Below, piece after piece: positions 13,986 through 22,100 of a stretch of DNA of 64,000 nucleotides (within the stretch, counting starts at the first letter, position 1; each line of letters begins with the position of its first letter). The DNA is from Candidatus Spongiisociaceae bacterium (GTDB lineage Bacteria; Actinomycetota; Acidimicrobiia; Spongiisociales; Spongiisociaceae): assembly GCA_965262915.1 (NCBI GenBank), contig OZ253564.1:608001-672000 (forward strand), read 5' to 3'. The notes beneath the pieces are model-generated. The model was not told where the DNA came from and did no database searches. It saw only the letters and a program-made list of their open reading frames with translations. The position numbers and the translations under genes are program-made.

Positions 13986-14298
13986 ATAGACAAAGAGATT
14001 TTATGTCTAAATGGCCTTGTCTTTTCGCCAGCAGTTTGCTGAAATAGACGGATGTACTTGGGTCGATACCCTGATGGATCTGCAGTCTTGATGTCGCCCA
14101 ACGGTTTCGGTCTGCGGCTGTTGGCTGTCGCCCGGATTCGTCTTTGGGTGAAGAGGTATAACTGGACAATTGCTGGGGTTTGTCGACGTTGGCTGCGCCT
14201 GAGGCGGCGCGCCCGCGTCGGGACCTGCGGCGCGGACTCTGCGCCCGATGGTCTTGAGGACACGCCGACGTTGCCAGAGCCGACGCGGGGGCCGGCCG

Positions 14299-14892
14299 GT
14301 GGACATCGTTGCTGATCTCGCCGTGATCGGCGCCGCCTCGGTGCTGTTGCTCAGCGGATCCTCCAAGATCGCGCGGCCTCGCCCCATCACGACCACCCTG
14401 GTGATGCTTTGGAACACCGCCACCAGACAGGCCCGGTCAGCTGCCTCGCCTCGGCTCGGGCTGATGCTGGGAGTCGGCGAGATGGGCCTCGCCGCCGTCG
14501 TTGCGACGGTGCGGTCCTGGCCGGCGGGCCTAGTCCTTGTGCTCTTCGCAGCGGGATTGGCGGCCGCGGGGGTGATGGGAGTGCTGAGCGGCGGCGAGGT
14601 ACCGTGCGCCTGCTTCGGCAAGGGCGACCGGACCCTGGGCTACGGGCACATCCTGCAGCTTCCGTTGTGGATCTTCGCAGCGTGGGCGGTGGCCCAGGGC
14701 GGAACCCTGTTCAGCGCGGGCACACGTCTCGAGCAGACGCTGGCAATGCTCGCAGTGTGCACCGCCCTCTCGACAGCGTTGCAGGTTGCGAGAGCATGGC
14801 GAGCGGTCTACCCGATCGCGCGGCAGCGCAGGAAGGGCGCGGCTGAGGCTGCGGTCCTGCCGCCGGCCGGTGCGGGGGTCTCCTCGTGGTAG
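14299..14892 (+). CDS. MauE/DoxX-family redox-associated membrane protein
   Basis: LLLSGSSKI, GVGEMGLA, conserved VPCACFG motif, 4-5 hydrophobic segments; GTG 14299 taken as start. Confidence 0.85.
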   Translation: MDIVADLAVIGAASVLLLSGSSKIARPRPITTTLVMLWNTATRQARSAASPRLGLMLGVGEMGLAAVVATVRSWPAGLVLVLFAAGLAAAGVMGVLSGGEVPCACFGKGDRTLGYGHILQLPLWIFAAWAVAQGGTLFSAGTRLEQTLAMLAVCTALSTALQVARAWRAVYPIARQRRKGAAEAAVLPPAGAGVSSW

Positions 14893-15506
14893 TCGCCGCC
14901 CTGATCATCTCGATTGCGGCCCTGCTCCTGAGCGGGTTCGTCGCGCTGGCTGTAATGGAGGTGGTCGCCGAGAGGCCAGCCGGTCCGAGACAGCCTGCCG
15001 AGGACTCCATCGAGGAGTTCGAGCTGTCACCGGCAGTGGCCGGGACCTCGGCCAGCTCGCACGGGCTGCCCGATCGGATCGACGGCGCCTCCGCACACCT
15101 TGTGCTCGTGATCTCGCCTCGGTGCTCGATGTGCAAGAAGCTGGCCCTCTCCTTCGACGGGAAGATTCCAGCCCATCTCACGGTCGTGGTGGCCGCGACG
15201 GACGCCGTCCGCATGAGGAAATGGGCCGCCGAGAGCGGGCTGTCGCTGCGGAGGACGGTGTTCGACGACGACATGACCATCGTGAACGGGCTCGAGGTGT
15301 CCTCTAGCCCGACAGTCGTGGGGTTCGTCAACGGCACGGTCGCGTTCGTCGCAGGAGTTGGCGGCCGCCGAGCTCTGGATGACCTGCTGGAGCAACGCAT
15401 TGCGATTCTCGAGCAGGTTCCGAGCGTCGACGCCCCCGAGGAGACAGATGCCGCCGTGTCGGATACCGGCGACGGCTCGCGGGGGAGCCGGACCCGTGGT
15501 CCTTGA
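14886..15506 (+). CDS. MauD-like membrane-anchored thioredoxin-fold protein
   Basis: N-terminal TM helix, LVISPRCSMCKKL (CxxC), EVSSSPTVVGF (cis-Pro loop); start overlaps the MauE-like stop. Confidence 0.75.
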   Translation: MVVAALIISIAALLLSGFVALAVMEVVAERPAGPRQPAEDSIEEFELSPAVAGTSASSHGLPDRIDGASAHLVLVISPRCSMCKKLALSFDGKIPAHLTVVVAATDAVRMRKWAAESGLSLRRTVFDDDMTIVNGLEVSSSPTVVGFVNGTVAFVAGVGGRRALDDLLEQRIAILEQVPSVDAPEETDAAVSDTGDGSRGSRTRGP

Positions 15507-16194
15507 GTTCGTGTCGGCTGTCGGTCTGTTCCTGGGCGGATATCTGCAGAGACACAGTCCTTGAGGCGTCTCCTTCGTGGGCCAGTTCGGCCCCACGTTT
15601 GCGACGAGCAGAGGCATTCGACGGGTGTCTCGCAGCGGTGTCTACGTGCTGGGCGCCCTGCTGTCCTCGGGGATGTTCATTCTCGCGGTCGACATGACAG
15701 CGGGGCACTTCTCTCGAGATGTCCTAGGCGGCGACCGGTCCCGGGCCGCGGCGCTCGTCCTGGTGAGCGTGCTGATCCTCATCGACGCGATCCGGCTGTG
15801 GGGCGGACGCTCCACCTCCTTCGGACCGAACCGGCAGACCCCCTACGCCTGGCGAGCGAGAGGCTGGCCGGGCGTTCTCGGCTGGGGCCTCGACACCGGG
15901 GTTCCGCTCACGACGATTAGGACATCGTCGCTTCCCGTGCTGGGCGTGGTGCTGGTGGCCACCGGACACGGCGGCCCGCTGCACGGCCTGGCCTACGGCT
16001 CGGGCCTGGCGGTCGGCCTTCTCGGCGGAGTGGTTGCGATGTCGCCGCGCGGCGACATCCGAAGCGTGATGGCCGAACTGCTGCGGCGCCGCCGCGCTCT
16101 GAGGCCGGTCATGGTGACGGTGGCTCCGTCCGCGCTGATGATCGGCGTGCTCGTGACCGCCGCGCTGGCGGCGCCCGGCACGGCGGCACCATGA
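15496..16194 (+). CDS. MauF/DsbD-like membrane protein, putative selenoprotein (in-frame TGA at 15562-15564)
   Basis: GGAG + GTG 15496 gives VLEFVSAVGLFLGGYLQRHSP-TGA-GVSF, continuing in frame into ORF 15577-16194 (RQTPYAW, GWGLDTGVPLTT); hairpin follows the TGA. Confidence 0.72.
15562..15597 (+). promoter_or_regulatory. Candidate bacterial SECIS element
   Basis: TGA + 11 nt + stem CGTGGGCC / GGC(C)CCACG with loop AGTTC; the loop starts 19 nt after the UGA, with G second. Confidence 0.62.
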
Positions 16195-19100
16195 GGCGGG
16201 CTGGGATCCGCGCGGGGCCCGCGGCAGGGGTTGCCGGGCGAGTCCGCCGGGTGTTGTCCGGGCTGGTGCTTGCCGCGGTGGTCGCAGCCGGGATCGGACC
16301 CGGGGGGTCTTGGGCTCAAGTGGGCGACGGCGACGATGAGGGTCGTCATGACGGCTTCGATGATGTGGTCTCGGGTGTGCACGCGTCGGCGATTGATGCT
16401 CTGGCCCAGTTGGGGGTCTTCGAGGGCACCGAGTGCGGCGAGGGGCTGTTCTGTCCCGACGAGCCCATCCGGCGCTGGGTGATGGCGGTGTGGCTGGTGC
16501 GCGTCCTCGAGACGCCGTTGCCCGAGGCCGGCGCGTCGCGCTTCTCTGACGTGGACCCCCAGCAGTGGTGGTCGCGCCATGTGGAGGCCCTGGCCGATCT
16601 GGAGATCACCGCAGGCTGCTCGCGATCGCCGGCCCGGTACTGCCCCGACGAGGTGGTCAGCCGGGCCCAGATGGCGTCGTTCCTGGCCCGGGCGTTCCAC
16701 TTGGAGCCCTCCGAGGAGGGTGAGCGCTTCAGCGACGTGTCGGGCGGCGTGCATGCGGCGAACATCGACGCGCTGGCCGCGAGCGGTATCACCGCAGGCT
16801 GCGCTACCGACCCGGCGCGCTATTGCCCGACCAGGGCCACCACCCGCGCCCAGATGGCATCGTTCCTCAAACGGGCCCGCACCATGTTCATAGGCCCCTG
16901 CCCGACCGAGGCCACAGACGACACCGGCACCACCACACCAAGCACCGGGTCGCCCCCAAGCACCGGGTCGCCCCCAAGCACCGGGTCGCCCCCAAGCACC
17001 GGGTCGCCCCCAAGCACCGGGTCGCCCCCAAGCACCGGGTCGCCCCCAAGCACCGGGTCGCCCCCAAGCACCGGGTCGCCCCCAAGCACCAGGCCTGGTG
17101 TGGTGGTGCCGGGTGCGCCACGCGGTGTGGTGGTGGCGCCGGATGATGGGGAATTGTTGGTGTCCTGGTCGGCGCCGAGCGAGCTGGTGGGCGTGTCGTC
17201 GGTGACCTATGTGGTGGAGTGGCGCTTGGACACCCAGCCCTTTGGCGGGGGGCGCCGGTTGTTGGGTGTGTCGGAGGAGTCCGCGACGATCTCGGGGTTG
17301 GTGAACGGCGCGATGTACGCCGTGCGTGTGTCGGCGGTCTTGTCGGGAAGCCGGGGGCCATGGTCCGAGCCGGTGCCGGGCGCGCCCGGGCGGGTGCTGG
17401 GCGCGCCCCGTGAACTCGTGACCGAGAGGGGCGATCGGGAGTTGGGGTTGTCTTGGGAGCCGCCGGGTGATCCGGGAGGCTTGGAGCCGGGAGACTTCCT
17501 CGCGCCTGAGTACTATGTCGTGCAGTGGGCCGTGGAGGGCGAGTCCTACAGCCTGGACCGCCTGCTCGAGGTGACGGAGACCTCCGCGACGATCACAGGG
17601 CTGGACAACGGCACCCTCTACAGAGTGCGGGTCGCCGCGGTGCGGGTCGTCGCGGTGCCCGTTGCGAGCCCGGAGCTGTGGTCGGAGGCCACTGGCGTGC
17701 CTGCGGTCCCGCCGGACGCGCCCAGCGGCCTGATGGCCGCGGCCGGCGATCAACAGCTGATGCTGTCGTGGGTGTCGGGCGAGTCGGGAGGCTTGCCGGT
17801 AACCGAGCAGCGGCTGCAGTGGCGCTCGAACTCGCAGTTCTTCAGCGAGGACCGGCAACTCGTCATCGGCGACGACACCTCCGCGACGATCACAGGGCTG
17901 GACAACGGCACCCGCTATTGGGTGCGGGTGGCCGCGGTGAGCGGTGCCGGGGTCTCGGACTGGTCCCCTCATGCGTCGGGCCGCCCCGCGACGCGGCCGG
18001 GGGCGCCCGGCGGTCTGGAGGCGACCCGGGACAACCAGTCCTTGGTGCTGTCCTGGGACCGGCCGGCGGACAGCGGCGGGGCGGTGTCGTTGAGCTATGT
18101 GGTGCAGTGGCGCTCGGACGCCCAGTCCTTCAGTGCGGCACGCGAACTGGAGGCGGCGGACACGTTCGCGACGGTGACCTCGCTGGTGAACGGCACGGTC
18201 CACTGGGTGCGTGTCGCGGCCGTCAACGACGACGCGGACGCGGGCCGGGGGGCATGGTCCGAGCCGGTGTCGCGCACCCCGGCCACGAGGCCCGGGGCGC
18301 CACGGCGTGTGGCGGCGACTCGCGGCGACGGGTCTTTGGCTGTGACCTGGGCTGCGCCGGCCGAGTCGGGCGGCGCAGCGGTGGAGGGCTATGTGGTGCA
18401 GTGGCGCTCGGACGCCCAGTCCTTCAGCACGGCCCGCCAGCGGACCACCACTTCGACGTCGGCGACCGTGCCTGGGCTGGTGAACGGCACCACCTACACG
18501 GTGCGGGTCGCCGCGGTCAACAACGTCGGCGCCGGGGCGTGGTCCGAGCCGGTGTCGCGCACCCCGGCCACGAGGCCCGGGGCGCCACGGCGTGTGGCGG
18601 CGACTCGCGGCGACGGGTCTTTGGCTGTGACCTGGGCTGCGCCGGCCGAGTCGGGCGGCGCAGCGGTGGAGGGCTATGTGGTGCAGTGGCATGCCAGCGG
18701 CCAGTCCTTCAGCACGGCCCGCCAGCGGACCACCACTTCGATGTCGGCGACCGTGCCTGGGCTGGTGAACGGCACCGCCTACTGGGTGCGGGTCGCCGCG
18801 GTCAACAACGTCGGCGCCGGGGCGTGGTCCGAGCCGGTGTCGCGCACCCCGGCGACGAGGCCGGGGGCGCCGGTGATCGAAGCGGTCGACGGGGGCAGCG
18901 GCCGGCTCGTGGTTCGCTGGGCCGCGCCCGCGAACGGCGGGTTTCCGGTGAGGAGCTACCAGCTTCAGTGGAAAACTGACAGCCAGACCTTCAGCACGGC
19001 CCGCCAGCGGACCACCACTTCGACGTCGGCGACCGTGCCTGGGCTGGTGAACGGCACCGCCTACTGGGTGCGGGTCGCCGCGGTCAACAACGTCGGCGCG

Positions 19101-22100
19101 GGGGCGTGGTCCGAGCCGGTGTCGGGCATCCCGGCGTCGGCGCCGGGGGCGCCACGCGACCTGGTCGTGACACCCGGCAACGGCCAGCTCGGACTGTCCT
19201 GGCAGCCGCCCGGCGACACCGGCGACGTCGCGGTCGAGTACGTGGTGCAGTGGCGCTCGGGATCCGAGCAATACAGCTCGGCCCGCAGCCAGACCACCGG
19301 CGAGGACTACGCCACGGTCACGGGGCTGGCCAACGGCACCGCCTACTGGGTGCAGGTCACCGCGAACAGCTCCGCGGGCGCGGGGGGCTCCACGGAGGCC
19401 ACCAACGTCGTTCCACGCACCACCCCGTCGGCGCCGCTGCGCCTGGAGGCCACCGTCGGCGACGGCTCACTTGCCCTGCAATGGCAGCCGCCGTCCAGCG
19501 ACGGCGGCGACAGCGTCAGCGGCTACATCGTCCAGTGGAGGGCCGACGGCGAGGACTACGCCACGACCCGCCAACTCGATGCGGCGGGCACGTCCGCGGC
19601 GATAACCGGGCTGGCCAACGGCACCCCCCACACCGTTCGGGTCGCCGCGGTCAACGCGGCGGGCGCCGGGGCATGGTCTACTGAGGCCACGAAGACCCCC
19701 GCAGGCGTGCCGGACGCGCCCCGCGAGGTCACCGCCGCGAGCGGCGACCGGGCCCTGGACGTGTCCTGGGAGCCACCCCCGAACAACGGCTCAGAGATCA
19801 AGCACTATGTGGTCCAATGGAAGGCGGGCGGCGACTACAGCACGGCCCGCCAGCGGACCACCACTTCGACGTCGGCGACCGTGCCTGGGCTGGTGAACGG
19901 CACCGCCTACTGGGTGCGGGTCGCCGCGGTCAACAACGTCGGCGCCGGGGCGTGGTCCGAGCCGGTGTCGCGCACCCCGGCGACGAGGCCGGGGGCGCCG
20001 GTGATCGAAGCGGTCGACGGGGGCAGCGGCCGGCTCGTGGTTCGCTGGGCCGCGCCCGCGAACGGCGGGTCTCCGGTGAGGAGCTACCAGCTTCAGTGGA
20101 AAACTGACAGCCAGACCTTCAGCACGGCCCGCCAGCGGACCACCACTTCGACGTCGGCGACCGTGCCTGGGCTGGTGAACGGCACCGCCTACTGGGTGCG
20201 GGTCGCCGCGGTCAACAACGTCGGCGCGGGGGCGTGGTCCGAGCCGGTGTCGGGCATCCCGGCGTCGGCGCCGGGGGCGCCACGCGACCTGGTCGTGACA
20301 CCCGGCAACGGCCAGCTCGGACTGTCCTGGCAGCCGCCCGGCGACACCGGCGACGTCGCGGTCGAGTACGTGGTGCAGTGGCGCTCGGGATCCGAGCAAT
20401 ACAGCTCGGCCCGCAGCCAGACCACCGGCGAGGACTACGCCACGGTCACGGGGCTGGCCAACGGCACCGCCTACTGGGTGCAGGTCACCGCGAACAGCTC
20501 CGCGGGCGCGGGGGGCTCCACGGAGGCCACCAACGTCGTTCCACGCACCACCCCGTCGGCGCCGCTGCGCCTGGAGGCCACCGTCGGCGACGGCTCACTT
20601 GCCCTGCAATGGCAGCCGCCGTCCAGCGACGGCGGCGACAGCGTCAGCGGCTACATCGTCCAGTGGAGGGCCGACGGCGAGGACTACGCCACGACCCGCC
20701 AACTCGATGCGGCGGGCACGTCCGCGGCGATAACCGGGCTGGCCAACGGCACCCCCCACACCGTTCGGGTCGCCGCGGTCAACGCGGCGGGCGCCGGGGC
20801 ATGGTCTACTGAGGCCACGAAGACCCCCGCAGGCGTGCCGGACGCGCCCCGCGAGGTCACCGCCGCGAGCGGCGACCGGGCCCTGGACGTGTCCTGGGAG
20901 CCACCCCCGAACAACGGCTCAGAGATCAAGCACTATGTGGTCCAATGGAAGGCGGGCGGCGACTACAGCACGGCCCGCCAGCTGGAGGCGGCGGGCAACA
21001 CGGCGACGGTGACCGCTCTGGTGAACGGCACCGCCTACTGGGTGCGGGTCGCCGCGGTCAACAACGTCGGCGCCGGGCCGTGGTCCACCGAGGCCACGAA
21101 GACCGCCGCCACCGTGCCGAGCGCGCCCCGCAACCTGACAGTCGAACGCCGCAACTCGGCCCTGGCCGCGACGTGGACCGCGCCCGCCTCAACCGGCGGC
21201 CTGGCGATCGAGGAGTACCAGATTCAGTGGACGACCGACCCCAGCGACTACGGACCGGACAAGGAGGGCACCGTGACAGGCACGACGGCGACGCTCCCCT
21301 TCCTGGTCAACGGCACCGAATACATGGTGCGGGTCGCGGCGGTCAACGGCATCGGCGCCGGGGCATGGTCCACCCAGGAGTCAGGCACTCCCTCCCCTCC
21401 CCCGACGGTGCCGGGGCGGCCCGAGATCGACGCGGTGGACGCTGCGGACCGCCGGCTGGTGGTGCGCTGGAGCCCGCCCGCGAACGACGGCGGCGACGAC
21501 ATCACCGGCTACATAGTGCGCTGGCGCACCCAACTCGGCTCCTACAACGCCGCCAACACGCACCCGGGGATCGGCGCGTCGGTATCGAGCGACACGATCG
21601 ACGAGCTGGACAAGAACACCCGGTACTGGGTACAGGTTGCCGCGGTCAACGGCATCGGCGCCGGGCGGTGGTCCGACGCTGTGTCGGCCACCATCCCGAT
21701 GACCGCGCCGGGCGCGCCTCTCGGCCTGGCGGTCGCTGGAGGCGACGCCGAGCTCCAGCTGTCATGGAGGCAGCCCCACGACACCGGAGGCGCCCAGCCC
21801 CTCACCTACGTCGTGCAATGGCGCTCCGGCGACCAGCAATACGACACGACACGCCAACAGACGACCGTCTCGACGTCAGCGACGATCACGGGGCTCGACA
21901 ACGGCACCCGATACTGGGTGAAGGTCACCGCGACCAACGCCGAGGGGTCCACACCCGGCGTCGAACGCGACGGCACCCCGCTGACCGGGCCCGGCCCACC
22001 CACGATGGTCGAGTTCACAAGCGACCCCATGGCGCCGGGCCGGCTGGTGCTGTCGTGGGCCGCTCCCGACGACAACGGCGGAACCGCCCTCACCGGATAC

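Noticed and set aside
15993-19271. 1092-aa minus-strand ORF (also 4845-6449, 20945-22459, 45352-46974, 733-1992)
   Set aside because: Antisense or alternate-frame shadows of GC-rich repetitive genes; Arg/Pro/Gly-rich with no motifs.
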